NCBI GenBank assembly: GCA_015486155.1
Contig: WFSF01000260.1
Span: 1-44,600 of the forward strand
DNA: 44,600 nucleotides
Origin: Armatimonadota bacterium
GTDB taxonomy: Bacteria; Armatimonadota; Hebobacteria; Hebobacterales; Hebobacteraceae
Direction of reading: 5' to 3'
Numbering within the stretch: the first letter of the stretch is position 1; each line of letters starts with the position of its first letter. Of the stretch, positions 9,398 through 19,018 are shown piece by piece. The notes under the pieces were generated by a model, which was not told where the DNA came from, made no database searches, and worked only from the letters and a program-made list of their open reading frames with translations. The translations under genes and the position numbers were made by a program.

Positions 9398-10162
9398 ATG
9401 AAGATCGGAGCGATGGACGGCGTGTTGATGAAGCCATGGACCGAGGTGTTCGACGAGGCGGCCCGGCTGGGGTTTGACGGCGTGGAGCTGGACCTCAAGG
9501 TGGAAACCTATCTCGATTCCGAGGTGTGGAGCGAGTCGGGCCGCCGGGCGCTGGTCGAGCGGGCCAAGCGCGCGGGAGTGGAGATCTCCTCCGTGTGCAT
9601 GGCCAGCGTGTCCCGGCTGATGGTGAACCCGGAGACCCACGAACAGGGCGTGAAGGCCGTCGCCGACCTGCGCCGGTTTTGCGACGAGCTGGGCGCCGGC
9701 GTCATCCTCTTCCCCATGGGCAAGCCGAACGAGCAGCCCGAGGAAGAGGCAGTGGCGCTCTGGCGGGACGGATTCAAGGCCGCCTTCGATCAGAGCGCGG
9801 GGTGCCGCGCCCTGGTGGCCATGGAGAGCGTGGGCAAGACCGGCCGCTCGGCGGAGCAGATGCTGGAGATGATCGAGATGGTGGGCTCGCCCCAGCTCGG
9901 CGTCTACTATGACACCGGCAACGCGCCCTACCAGGGCTTCGACAACCTCGACCAGATCTCCAAGCTCGGCAAGCACATCTTCCAGATCCACGTGAAGGAG
10001 ATCGGAGCGGAGATGGGCCAGGGAAAGCTGGATTTCCGGGCCATCTTCGACGCCATCAAGGGAATCGGATACGACGGTTGGCTGGTGCTGGAGACCGAGG
10101 CGGGAGACGACCCGGCCGCCAACGCCGCGCGCAACCTCGCCTTCGTGCGCGGGTTGCTGTAG
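9398..10162 (+). CDS. Sugar phosphate isomerase/epimerase (xylose-isomerase-like TIM barrel)
   Basis: ORF 9392..10162. I prefer ATG 9398, with AAGGAG 8 nt upstream. Blocks GFDGVELD, VYYDTGN, IHVKE and GYDGWLVLE. Confidence 0.85.
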   Translation: MKIGAMDGVLMKPWTEVFDEAARLGFDGVELDLKVETYLDSEVWSESGRRALVERAKRAGVEISSVCMASVSRLMVNPETHEQGVKAVADLRRFCDELGAGVILFPMGKPNEQPEEEAVALWRDGFKAAFDQSAGCRALVAMESVGKTGRSAEQMLEMIEMVGSPQLGVYYDTGNAPYQGFDNLDQISKLGKHIFQIHVKEIGAEMGQGKLDFRAIFDAIKGIGYDGWLVLETEAGDDPAANAARNLAFVRGLL

Positions 10163-10218
10163 CCGCGCTGCCGCCCCAAGTATCCCCGGAGAACGTGTCT
10201 CGCACATAAGGAGCAGTC

Positions 10219-13200
10219 TTGGTGTCTGTCGAAGCGCGCGTGCAGTCAATCACCCTTCCCACCTACCAGTGGGGGGCGGAAGACCCCAACCCGCCGTTCC
10301 AGAGAAGGGCCTACTGGGATATCTATCCCTATACGCTCATGGACGACCTGGGGGAGGAACCGCGCCCGGTCGAATATCGGGCCATCGTGCTGGAGAACGA
10401 GTTTCTCCAGTTGACCGTATTGCCCGAGCTGGGGGGCAGAATCTACTCGGCGGTGGACAAGCCCACCGGGCGGGATCTCTTCTACCGCAACCGGGTGGTC
10501 AAGCCCGGCCTGATCGCGCTCCGCGGCGCATGGATCAGCGGGGGAGTCGAGTTCAACTTCCCCCGCGGCCACAGCGTCACCACCGTATCCCCCGTGGACC
10601 ACTGCCTCGTGGAGGAGGAGGACGGGGCGGTCACCGTCTGGGTGGGAGAGATAGAGCGCATTCACCGCATGGGCTGGGCGGTGGGGATTCGACTGCGCCC
10701 CGAGTCGGCGCTGTTGGAGACCGAGATCCGGCTCGCCAACCGCCAGGCCCTGCCCCATCCCTACTACTTCTGGTCCAATGCGGCGGTGCCCGCGCGCGAC
10801 GACATGCGCCTCATCTATCCCGCCAGCAAGGTGCGAATCTGGCACGACATCCTTGACTGGCCCGTCCACCAGGGCCGGCATCTGGACAGGTACGGGGCCC
10901 ATGACTACCAGGGCGACGTCTTCGCCCTGGACAGCTTGGAGGATTTCTTCGGCACCTACTACGAAGGCCTCGATTTCGGGCTCGCGCACGTAGCCGACGT
11001 GCACGACGCCTTCGGAAAGAAGTTCTTCACCTGGGGCACCTCCGACCACGGGAAGATCTGGGCCGATGTGCTCAGCGACGAAGACGGCCCTTACTGCGAG
11101 CTCCAGAGCGGACGCTTCGTCGACCAGGGAGTGTGGCGGATGTTCCCGCCGCACCACACCTACCAGTGGACCGAATACTGGTACGCGGTGAAGGGCACGG
11201 GAGGATTCTCCTGGGCGAACGCGGAGGCCGCGCTGCGGGTCGAGAGGAGCGGCCGAGACGCCGACCTGGGAGTGCTGGTGACCCATCCCATGCCGGAATC
11301 CCTGGTGCGGCTGGCGGCCGGGGACCGCGTGGTGTATGAAGAACGGCTCGACCTTTCCCCCGACCGGCCGCTCCGAAAGTCGACGCCACTCCCCGAGGGC
11401 GCGAACGGCCCCCTGACGCTGACCGTGGTGGACCGCGGCGGCCGGGAGGTGATCCGCTACGCGGAGGACCTTCGGCCTCGCACCATCAATCTCGCCGCGC
11501 CCGCGCGCCCCTCCGAGGCCGCGGAACCGACGCTCGGCGAACTGCTTCGGGACGCCCGTCATGCCGAACAGACCAGAAGGCCGGAAGAGGCATGGGCGCT
11601 GTATGAGCGGGTGCTCTCCCGGGACCCCGCATGTGTGGAGGCCGCGGTGGCGCTGGGCCGGATGGCGATCGAAATGCGCCCCCAGGAGGCGGTCGCGCGG
11701 CTCACCGCAGCCGCCGAACTCGCCCCGGAGAGCGGGGAGGCCGCCTATTACCTGGGGATTGCGCTGGCGCGCGCGGCGGAAGAGGAGCGGGCCGAATTCG
11801 AGCTGCGCCGCGCCGCGCAGGATCCGGGATACGCGCATGCTGCGCTTCTCGAGGCCGGCCTCACCCACGGGAGGCGCGGGGATTTCGCATCCGCGGCCCA
11901 GACCATCTCTCTCAGCCTCACCTCCGGGTCCAGCGATGTCAAGGCCTGGGCTCTACGCTCCGCCGCCCTGCGCGCGCAGCGCCGGGCGGACAAGGCGGAG
12001 CAGGCCACCCGGGCGGTGCTGGACCTCGCTCCCTACGACCGGCTGGTGCGGGCGGAGGCCCACCTCTGCGCCCTCGCGCAGGAGAGGCCCAGGGTGGCGG
12101 GCCGGAGATTCCGCGAGTTGTGCGGATTGATGCCGCCCGATGCCGACCCCTGGCTGGAGCTGGCTTTCGATTACGCGGACGCCGGCCTGCCGGCCGACGC
12201 GGTCTGTCTGCTGGAGCGCGCGCGGAAGCACGTTCCCGCGGTAAAGCGGGACCCCCTGATTCACTACGCGCTCGCCTACTGGCTCCGGCGCCTGTGCCGG
12301 GAGGAGGAGGCGGAATCCGCGCGCCGGCGGGCGGCCCGCCTATCCCACGAATACGTGTTCGCCCACCACTGGGAACTGGAGGCGATTCTCCGGGACGCGC
12401 TCGCCGTGGACCCGGACGACGGATACGCCGCCTATCACCTGGGCAATCTCCTCTATTCACAGACCCGGCGGGAGGAGGCGCTCCTCTTCTGGGAGCAGGC
12501 CGCGCCGAGGGTACAGGACTTCCCGGTGCTGTTCCGCAACCTCGCGATGGCCTTCCGCGAGGCGAGAAACGACCTGGAGCAGGCGGAGAAATGGCTGCGA
12601 AAGGCGGTCTCGCTCCACCCACAGCAGCCGAGGGCCTATCTGGAGCTGGAGCAGGTGATGCGGGAGCGCGGCGCCTCTCCCCGCGAGAGGCTGGCGGTGC
12701 TGGACGGCGCCCCGGAGAACGTGCAGCGCCGCGGCATTGTGGCCGCGGAGCAGGCCAGAGCGTGTATGGACCTGGGCGAGTGGGACCGCGCCCTGGAGCT
12801 GCTGAGAACGCACACCTTCCACCGCTGGGAGATGGAGTTCCGGATGCGGCGGGTGTGGGTGGACGCCAACCTCGGTCGGGGGTGCGACCGGTTCCTGGAG
12901 GGCGATTACGCGGGCGCCCGCGCCGATTTCGAGGCCGCGCTGTCCTATCCCAGAAACCTGCGCATCGGCAAGCCTCCCCGGCGGGAGGACGCGCGCGCCC
13001 TCTGGTGTGCCGCGCTCGCCTGCGAGGCCCTGGGGGACGAGGAGGCCGCCCGCGCCCACCTGGAGTCGGCGGCGGAGGAGACCCACCACCCCGCGGGCAA
13101 GGAGCCGGCCATCTATCGCGCGCTCGCGTTGCGCAAACTGGGCCGCACCGAGGAGGCCGAGAGCCTGCTCTCCGAATCGCTCCGGCTCCTGGAGCAGGCC

Positions 13201-13365
13201 GCGGCCTGCGCGCCCGAAGACGCCGATGCCCAGTTCACCTTCGGGCTGGCTTTGCGGGCGGCGGGCCGGAAGGCGGAGGCGGAGGCCGCGCTCCAGCGCG
13301 CCCTGGAACTCAACCCCTGGCTCCCGCGCGCCCGACAACTGCTGCGCAGCGAGGCCGTGCTGTAG
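10219..13365 (+). CDS. DUF5107-domain protein with long C-terminal TPR repeat region
   Basis: N-terminal LPTYQWGAEDPNPPF...IYPYTL...LENEFLQLTVLPELGGRIYS...GAWISGGVEFNFP matches my recollection of DUF5107. The C-terminal half is Ala/Leu/Arg-rich TPR-like repeats. TTG 10219 or GTG 10222 follows AAGGAG. Confidence 0.8.
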   Translation: MVSVEARVQSITLPTYQWGAEDPNPPFQRRAYWDIYPYTLMDDLGEEPRPVEYRAIVLENEFLQLTVLPELGGRIYSAVDKPTGRDLFYRNRVVKPGLIALRGAWISGGVEFNFPRGHSVTTVSPVDHCLVEEEDGAVTVWVGEIERIHRMGWAVGIRLRPESALLETEIRLANRQALPHPYYFWSNAAVPARDDMRLIYPASKVRIWHDILDWPVHQGRHLDRYGAHDYQGDVFALDSLEDFFGTYYEGLDFGLAHVADVHDAFGKKFFTWGTSDHGKIWADVLSDEDGPYCELQSGRFVDQGVWRMFPPHHTYQWTEYWYAVKGTGGFSWANAEAALRVERSGRDADLGVLVTHPMPESLVRLAAGDRVVYEERLDLSPDRPLRKSTPLPEGANGPLTLTVVDRGGREVIRYAEDLRPRTINLAAPARPSEAAEPTLGELLRDARHAEQTRRPEEAWALYERVLSRDPACVEAAVALGRMAIEMRPQEAVARLTAAAELAPESGEAAYYLGIALARAAEEERAEFELRRAAQDPGYAHAALLEAGLTHGRRGDFASAAQTISLSLTSGSSDVKAWALRSAALRAQRRADKAEQATRAVLDLAPYDRLVRAEAHLCALAQERPRVAGRRFRELCGLMPPDADPWLELAFDYADAGLPADAVCLLERARKHVPAVKRDPLIHYALAYWLRRLCREEEAESARRRAARLSHEYVFAHHWELEAILRDALAVDPDDGYAAYHLGNLLYSQTRREEALLFWEQAAPRVQDFPVLFRNLAMAFREARNDLEQAEKWLRKAVSLHPQQPRAYLELEQVMRERGASPRERLAVLDGAPENVQRRGIVAAEQARACMDLGEWDRALELLRTHTFHRWEMEFRMRRVWVDANLGRGCDRFLEGDYAGARADFEAALSYPRNLRIGKPPRREDARALWCAALACEALGDEEAARAHLESAAEETHHPAGKEPAIYRALALRKLGRTEEAESLLSESLRLLEQAAACAPEDADAQFTFGLALRAAGRKAEAEAALQRALELNPWLPRARQLLRSEAVL

Positions 13366-13416
13366 CGGCTCCCGACCGGAGGCATGGCTCTTTCGGGTGA
13401 CCTCCGGGCGGGAGCC
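13365..13416 (+). terminator. Long interrupted hairpin immediately after the DUF5107 stop; no T-tract
   Basis: 13365-13373 pairs with 13408-13416 (9 bp) and 13375-13381 pairs with 13400-13406 (7 bp), with one A.G mismatch and an 18-nt loop. Confidence 0.3.
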
Positions 13417-13457
13417 GCGGGGCGCGGGGTATGGAATAACTAACGAGGGCGACCCTG

Positions 13458-13811
13458 GTGAATCATACGAAAAGGGGGTCGCAAACGTTGGTCTGTCCTA
13501 TCTGTGGGCAAAAGCAATCTTTGCGCGCCAACTACTGCGAGGTATGCGGCGCGCACCTCGCGTTTCTCCGCGAACACCCGAGGAGGGTGGCGAAGTGCGT
13601 CACCGCCTCCATCGCGCTCGGCCTGGGCTTCTTCGGCGCGTTGGCCTGGCAGGTATTCGCTCCACTCCTGCGAGGCGGTCCCCCCGCCGGGCCCGGCCCG
13701 TGGTTCTGGTGGGGCTTCGGCCTGGGGACATTCTTTCTCAGCCTCGGGTTGACCGCCAACAGCCAACTCGCCCGCGTGTTCGCCGGGAGACGCCGCCGCG
13801 GAAAAGATTGA
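13458..13811 (+). CDS. Small zinc-ribbon membrane protein
   Basis: CPICG-x11-CEVCG zinc ribbon followed by two hydrophobic helices (VTASIALGLGFFGALAWQVF and WFWWGFGLGTFFLSLGL). GTG start. Confidence 0.55.
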   Translation: MNHTKRGSQTLVCPICGQKQSLRANYCEVCGAHLAFLREHPRRVAKCVTASIALGLGFFGALAWQVFAPLLRGGPPAGPGPWFWWGFGLGTFFLSLGLTANSQLARVFAGRRRRGKD

Positions 13812-13834
13812 ACGGATTCGCTCCGCGCCCGGAG

Positions 13835-15862
13835 CTACGGCGGCTCCGGCCTTTTTCCCCGCTTGATGCGCTCATAGGCCTGACGCAGGGCGGCCGCCAC
13901 CGGCCGGATCTCCCGCCGTCGGCGGGACAGCAGCCCGGTCTCGCGCAGTCCTCGGGCGCCCCGGTAGTCGGAGAGCGTCCACCACACCCAGCCGGCCAGA
14001 TATGACCGTGAGGCGATCTGCGCCGCCAGGTTCTCGGCCGCGCGCGCCTGTCGCTGGGCCGCCGCCGGGTCATCTCCCGCGGGCGCGCTGAAGCGCGTGA
14101 TCATCAGCGGCTTGTCGGGCCGCGCGCGGTGCAACGCGTCCACCTGAGACAGCATCCGCTCTCCCGTTTTTGCGTCCGCGGCCTCGTCCGGCAGGGAGAT
14201 TCCCCACACATCGCAGTCCGCCGATCCCGGATAGGACGGGCCTATTGGTGCGGAGAGGGCCACCAGTCTCGTGCCATCCAAGTAGTGGGCAATATCGCTC
14301 AGATCGCGGATGAATTGTTCGGCGGCCTGGCCCGGGGTCGGATCATCACACACCCCCCAGAACCCCACCGAAGGCCGGTTGTAATCCTGGTAGATCATCT
14401 CGATCAGCATCTGGCGGGCGAGATGCCGGCGTTCCCGCTGGGTGACCAGGGCGTCCTCGCCCAGTTTGTAGGCAGGGATCTCCTCCCAGCACAGCAACCC
14501 GATTCTGTCCGCCAGGAGGGTCGTCAACGGGTGGTTGACGAAGCGCCCCAGGTGGAGCAGGTCCGTGCCCGTGCGTTTGGCGAACCTCAAATCCAGCAGC
14601 ACCCGCAGACCGTCCCGAAAGGTCTCCGAGCGTCCGAAGTGCGGGTCATCCTCCACCCTGGCCACCCCGCAGAGGCGCACCGCCTCCCCGTTCAGGAGCA
14701 CCTGAGATCCGCGCGGAGCCGTCTCCAGAGTGCGAACGCCGAATTGCGAGGCAATCCGGTCCACCTCTCTCCCCTCTCCATCCCTCAGCGTCACCTGGAG
14801 CACGTACAGCGCGGGATCATCCGGGCTCCAGGGGGCGAGCGCGGGAGTGGCGAAATCGAGGGTGAAGGCGCTTACGGAGTCCGGCGCGAGGTCCAGACTC
14901 CTTTGCGGCTTCCCCTTCACCACCGGCTCGGCGGCTCCGCCTCCCAGCAGCCCGGCCGCGCTCGGCGTGGTCAAATTCGCCTCCGCCACCAGCGCGGGAA
15001 AGACCTGCGCGTCCACCTGCCCCGAGAAGGCGGAGCCGCCGGCCTGCCGCACCACCACCTGCACCCTCAGCCGCGTGCCCCCAGCTGCGGGCTGAGCGCG
15101 GATATCGGCCCTCACCAGGGCGGTCTCCGGAACCGCCTCCAGATAGATGTCGCGCAACACCCCCGTCGCATTCCGCCAATCCCCCGGACCGGGGGGCAGC
15201 ATCTCGCCGGTTACGGCATCCTTCCCCTCCGCCCCCCATGCCGGGTTGTCCACCCGCAGGGCGATCACATTTGTATCCCCCCACCGCACCTCTCCGGTGA
15301 TGTCGAAACTGAAGGGCGTGAAACCGCCCTCGTGATAGCCCACATAGCGGCCGTTCACCCACACGTCGGCCACGTAATTGGCCGCCAGGCAGTGCAGCAG
15401 CACGCGGCGTCCCTTCCAGAGAGGCGGGATGCTCACTCTCCGCCGATACCACAGCCCCGAGGGACCAAACGATGCCTCTGCTTCCGTGAATCCCCTGACA
15501 GGCGTCTCCGGCAGCCGCGAGGAGGCCCAGCTCCGATCGTCGTAGTCGGCGCGGTAGGCGCCTCCACTCTCCCGCTCGATGGCGGCGAGCACCTCGGGCG
15601 TGCGCGCGCTCAGGCTGAGCGTGTGATCCATTTCCGAGGGACGCCGCCGCCACCCGTCGGACAGGTCGATGCTGGGGCGCAGCTGCGGCTCATAGGTGGG
15701 AATGGGCATCCCCGACTGGAAGGGAACCAGCAGTTCGCCCACCTGCCTCAGCTCCACCGTGGGCGGCAGTGTGGCGGTCGCCGCGGCAACGGGCGCGCAA
15801 CTCAACGCCAGCGCGAGCAACCCCACCGTCGTCAGCGCCCGCTCCCGAAAGTTTTTTACCAT
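13835..15862 (-). CDS. Glycoside hydrolase family 2-like protein with signal peptide; catalytic residues apparently substituted
   Basis: ORF 13835..16030. I place the real start at ATG 15862 (MVKNFRERALTTVGLLALALSCAPVAA). The sugar-binding, Ig-like and TIM regions align by eye with E. coli GUS (VWVNGRYVGYHEGGFTPFSFDIT, NRPSVGFWGV, LAGWVWWTLSDY). Confidence 0.85.
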   Translation of the reverse strand: MVKNFRERALTTVGLLALALSCAPVAAATATLPPTVELRQVGELLVPFQSGMPIPTYEPQLRPSIDLSDGWRRRPSEMDHTLSLSARTPEVLAAIERESGGAYRADYDDRSWASSRLPETPVRGFTEAEASFGPSGLWYRRRVSIPPLWKGRRVLLHCLAANYVADVWVNGRYVGYHEGGFTPFSFDITGEVRWGDTNVIALRVDNPAWGAEGKDAVTGEMLPPGPGDWRNATGVLRDIYLEAVPETALVRADIRAQPAAGGTRLRVQVVVRQAGGSAFSGQVDAQVFPALVAEANLTTPSAAGLLGGGAAEPVVKGKPQRSLDLAPDSVSAFTLDFATPALAPWSPDDPALYVLQVTLRDGEGREVDRIASQFGVRTLETAPRGSQVLLNGEAVRLCGVARVEDDPHFGRSETFRDGLRVLLDLRFAKRTGTDLLHLGRFVNHPLTTLLADRIGLLCWEEIPAYKLGEDALVTQRERRHLARQMLIEMIYQDYNRPSVGFWGVCDDPTPGQAAEQFIRDLSDIAHYLDGTRLVALSAPIGPSYPGSADCDVWGISLPDEAADAKTGERMLSQVDALHRARPDKPLMITRFSAPAGDDPAAAQRQARAAENLAAQIASRSYLAGWVWWTLSDYRGARGLRETGLLSRRRREIRPVAAALRQAYERIKRGKRPEPP

Positions 15863-15908
15863 CGCGCTCACCGTCCGCGCGCTCCCGCCGTCGGCCGCGG
15901 GGCCGCGC

Positions 15909-16457
15909 CTACTCCAGATTCGCGTGCCGCGCCTGCATCTCCTCCACGGTAACCCCGAGACGCCGCTGCAACCGGAGGGCCACCACGTCGAACAACAACA
16001 TCGCCGCCTGCTCGAAAAGTGAGCCGCCAAATTGAATCGAGCGCCCTCCCGCCGGGATCACAAGCCGGGCGGAGGCCGCGCGGGCGAGAGGGGATTCCGG
16101 GTGTGCGGTCACCGCGGTGACCCGCGCGCCCGCCCGGACCGCGGCTTCCGCCACCGCGCACGTGGTCGCGGTCTCACCCGAACGCGATACCGCAATCACC
16201 AGGTCATCCGGCTGCGCGGGCGGGGCCGTCGCCTCACCCACCACCTGGACCGGCCGCCCGAGATGGCCGAGCCGCACCGCGAAACACCGCACCGCCAGCC
16301 CGGAGCGCCCCGCTCCCGCCGCGAACACCATTCGCGCCGCGAGAATCGCCTCCTCCAGGGCCGACACCTCCCCCGGGTCCACGGCCGCCAGCGCGGCGCT
16401 CACCTCCGCGGTCACTTCTTCGCACAATCGCCGAAAATCGTCCTCCATACCCTTCAT
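15909..16457 (-). CDS. hxlB: SIS-domain 6-phospho-3-hexuloisomerase-like protein
   Basis: GAGRSGLAVRCFAVRLGHLG...DDLVIAVSRSGET...GGSLFEQAAMLLFD is the PHI-type SIS pattern. Length is 182 aa. Confidence 0.7.
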   Translation of the reverse strand: MKGMEDDFRRLCEEVTAEVSAALAAVDPGEVSALEEAILAARMVFAAGAGRSGLAVRCFAVRLGHLGRPVQVVGEATAPPAQPDDLVIAVSRSGETATTCAVAEAAVRAGARVTAVTAHPESPLARAASARLVIPAGGRSIQFGGSLFEQAAMLLFDVVALRLQRRLGVTVEEMQARHANLE

Positions 16458-16736
16458 CCGTTGCCATCCATCAGATGGCTCATTATATCAGGCTTCGATG
16501 AGATTTACGAAACGAGCGGCTTCCGATGCCACTGCGGGCTCTGGAGGGCGTTATTCCCGGCAGAGAATGACTGCTCTGCTTGCTTTGCAAGTTGTGGAAT
16601 AATCTCTACGGGCGGCCCAGACAAATGGAGCCGGGCGTCGCGTCATCGCCCTCACGCGGGCGCGCAGGCGTACTGGGCGCAGTCCGCCTGCGATGGGCGC
16701 AGGCGGGATGCTGGGGCTCCTTGGGAGGTAAAGACG

Positions 16737-17186
16737 ATGGCGACGCAAGTATGGACACGTCGCCGACAGGGCTTTACGCTGATAGAGATGTTGATCGTGA
16801 TCGTGGTGATCGCCATTCTGGCGACCCTCGTTATCCCGCGCTTGCTGGGAGCCGCCCGCAGGGCCAAGGAAGCCCAACTCCGGGGGAACTTGAAGCAGAT
16901 ACGCGACGGAATCGAGCGCTTCGAGGCAAACATGGCCGCATGGCCTCCGGCATTGACCGACATCATGGCCCCGAACGGCTCCGCCATCAGTGCCGACTTC
17001 GACGGCAACGGCGGCTCCGTGGACCGCTCCGCCTATGACGGTCCCTATCTGGTCACGGGAGACGGCAATCTCCCGCCGGATCCCTTCACCGGCGCGGCGG
17101 ACTGGGTATACGATAACACCACCGGCGCGGTGCACAGCGCGAGTACGCTTACAGCCCTGGACGGCACCAACTACAGCAATTGGTAG
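16737..17186 (+). CDS. Prepilin-type N-terminal cleavage/methylation-domain protein (GspG-like pseudopilin)
   Basis: ORF 16032..17186. I place the real start at ATG 16737, after GGGAGGT. It has QGFTLIEMLIVIVVIAILATLVIP and a GspG-like LPPDPFTG...WVYD block. Confidence 0.85.
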   Translation: MATQVWTRRRQGFTLIEMLIVIVVIAILATLVIPRLLGAARRAKEAQLRGNLKQIRDGIERFEANMAAWPPALTDIMAPNGSAISADFDGNGGSVDRSAYDGPYLVTGDGNLPPDPFTGAADWVYDNTTGAVHSASTLTALDGTNYSNW

Positions 17187-17317
17187 TCCCCCACCCCGCG
17201 GCACCGCCTCGGGGGAGTGGTGACAATGAGACCGGCGCCCGGCCGCCCGGGCCCAGGCCCGGCGGAGGCCGGTCGGTGTGCGCGCGCGTCCGATCCGGCT
17301 CTCACCTCCCGCACCCG

Positions 17318-17662
17318 CTATTCCGCCGGCAGGGGTATGATGCACAGGAAGCGGGCAGTCCCGTCGCCCGTGTTCCTGAACTGGTGCCTCTCCTCCGGCA
17401 GGACGAGCACGGCGTCCCCGGCCGCGAGGGGACGCGGGCCCTCCGCGGTCATCACCTCCACATCACCGTCCAGCACGAATACCTCGTGCTCCCAGGGGTG
17501 GGTGTGAAGGGGAGTGTGGCCTCCGGGGGCCACCTCGAACAGGCGCATCGAGAAATTGGGCGCGCCCTCCGGGCGCGAAATAAGCCACCTGACCGTCGTC
17601 TTGGTCGCCCCCTCTTCGTTCGCCTCCTGTGGCGGCAGGTCTTCACTGTGCACGATTCTCAT
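17318..17662 (-). CDS. Cupin-domain protein
   Basis: Cupin motifs GGHTPLHTHPWEHEVFVLDG and GDAVLVLPEERHQFRN. Confidence 0.85.
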   Translation of the reverse strand: MRIVHSEDLPPQEANEEGATKTTVRWLISRPEGAPNFSMRLFEVAPGGHTPLHTHPWEHEVFVLDGDVEVMTAEGPRPLAAGDAVLVLPEERHQFRNTGDGTARFLCIIPLPAE

Positions 17663-17668
17663 GTCTTC

Positions 17669-18172
17669 TCACTCCGGTGACAGCGGCCCGAACCTGGCGC
17701 CGAGATTGTACAGCCTGCGCGCTTCCCGCGTGCCGTGGTGCGCGGCCACGATCTCTCCCACGAAGATGGTATGGTCGCCCGTGCGATACGCGCCCACCAC
17801 CTTGCATTCCATGTTGGTCACCGCCTCACCGATCAGGGGCGGGCGCACCCGGGTGGCGGGCAGCGCGCTGAGGCCGGTCTCCTGGAACTTGTCCACCTCC
17901 CGGCCCGACCTGGTGCCGCACAACAGCATCGCCTTCTCCATATCCTCCGCGGGAAAGGTGAGCACGAACTCCGGCACCTGCTCCAGCAACGCATGGCTGT
18001 ATCGCTCCAGGCCGATGGAGATGGCGCACATGGGCGGCGTCCCCGAGGTGGGCATTGCCCAGCCCAGGGTGATGATGTTGGGCCGTCCCTCCTTGCCGAT
18101 GGTGGTCACCATTACGACCTGCTCCGGGTACTTGCGCTCCCAGGCCCTTGAAACCGGCACTTCCCGTTGCAT
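17669..18172 (-). CDS. Flavin reductase-like FMN-binding domain protein
   Basis: VVMVTT...RPNIITLGWAMPTSGTPPMCAISI...FVLTFP is the family pattern. It lies 6 nt upstream of the cupin gene. Confidence 0.85.
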   Translation of the reverse strand: MQREVPVSRAWERKYPEQVVMVTTIGKEGRPNIITLGWAMPTSGTPPMCAISIGLERYSHALLEQVPEFVLTFPAEDMEKAMLLCGTRSGREVDKFQETGLSALPATRVRPPLIGEAVTNMECKVVGAYRTGDHTIFVGEIVAAHHGTREARRLYNLGARFGPLSPE

Positions 18173-18228
18173 CGCAGATCACCTCCATCGTCGCTCGTCG
18201 CCGCCGACACGCCCCGGACCGAGCCAAT

Positions 18229-18984
18229 CTACAGCCCCAGCCAAGCGGCCGCGTTGTCGTAGTAGACCTTCTTCTGCACCTCCTCGGGTATCTCCAGCGC
18301 AGCCATGAAACTGCGGTAGAACTCAATGGTGTCATCCGGGTTGTCGGACCCGTAGACGAGCTTGCCGACGAGGTCGAGGTCTATCTCCGGGGGCGCGCCC
18401 GTCTGGTTGCGAGGAACGCGCGAGAAGAGCCATCGGAACCACTCGGCGGGATAGCGGCGGATGGTGCCACCGCTCATGTCGTACCAGATGTTAGGGCAGT
18501 ACTCCATCGCCGCCACCGCCTCCATCGGCCACTGATTGCCCAGGTGCGCCCCCACCATGCGGAACTCCGGGAAATAGGTGGCGATGGTGAGCAGCTCGGT
18601 GGGGTGCAGGTTCTCCTGCCTCACGCCGTTCTTTCTCTCGTAGGCCAGAAAACCGGTGTGGATGAGCGCGGGCATACCCAGCGCCTGAGCGCGCTCGTAG
18701 ATCGGGAAATAGGACTCGTGGGCATAGGGCTTCTGCGGCCCGATCAGCTTGAGCCCGCGGAATCCCCGTTCCTTCGCTTTCTCCACCGCCTCCGGCCCCT
18801 CGCGATCCAGGTTCAAATGGTAAAAGGGGATGATGTAGTCCGGGTAGCGCTGCGCCAGCTTCAACACTGCTTCATTGTCGAAGCTCATGCAGATCTTCAC
18901 ATATCCCAGTGAATCCCACAGCTCCCGCTTCTCCTCCACCTCATCGGGGCCGTGGAAGTGCGCGTGACAGTTGATGACCTTCAT
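18229..18984 (-). CDS. Amidohydrolase-family metal-dependent hydrolase (TIM barrel)
   Basis: Starts MKVINCHAHF. It also has ALIHTG and GSDNP blocks. GGAGGAGG lies upstream of the ATG. Confidence 0.85.
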   Translation of the reverse strand: MKVINCHAHFHGPDEVEEKRELWDSLGYVKICMSFDNEAVLKLAQRYPDYIIPFYHLNLDREGPEAVEKAKERGFRGLKLIGPQKPYAHESYFPIYERAQALGMPALIHTGFLAYERKNGVRQENLHPTELLTIATYFPEFRMVGAHLGNQWPMEAVAAMEYCPNIWYDMSGGTIRRYPAEWFRWLFSRVPRNQTGAPPEIDLDLVGKLVYGSDNPDDTIEFYRSFMAALEIPEEVQKKVYYDNAAAWLGL

Positions 18985-18991
18985 GGCGTCC

Positions 18992-19018
18992 TCCTCCGCC
19001 GCCGGAAGCGGCGGAGGA
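18992..19018 (-). promoter_or_regulatory. 11-bp GC hairpin that includes the Shine-Dalgarno of the amidohydrolase gene
   Basis: 18992-19002 pairs perfectly with 19008-19018 around a 5-nt loop. The arm at 18992-18997 is the complement of GGAGGA of the SD. Confidence 0.3.
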
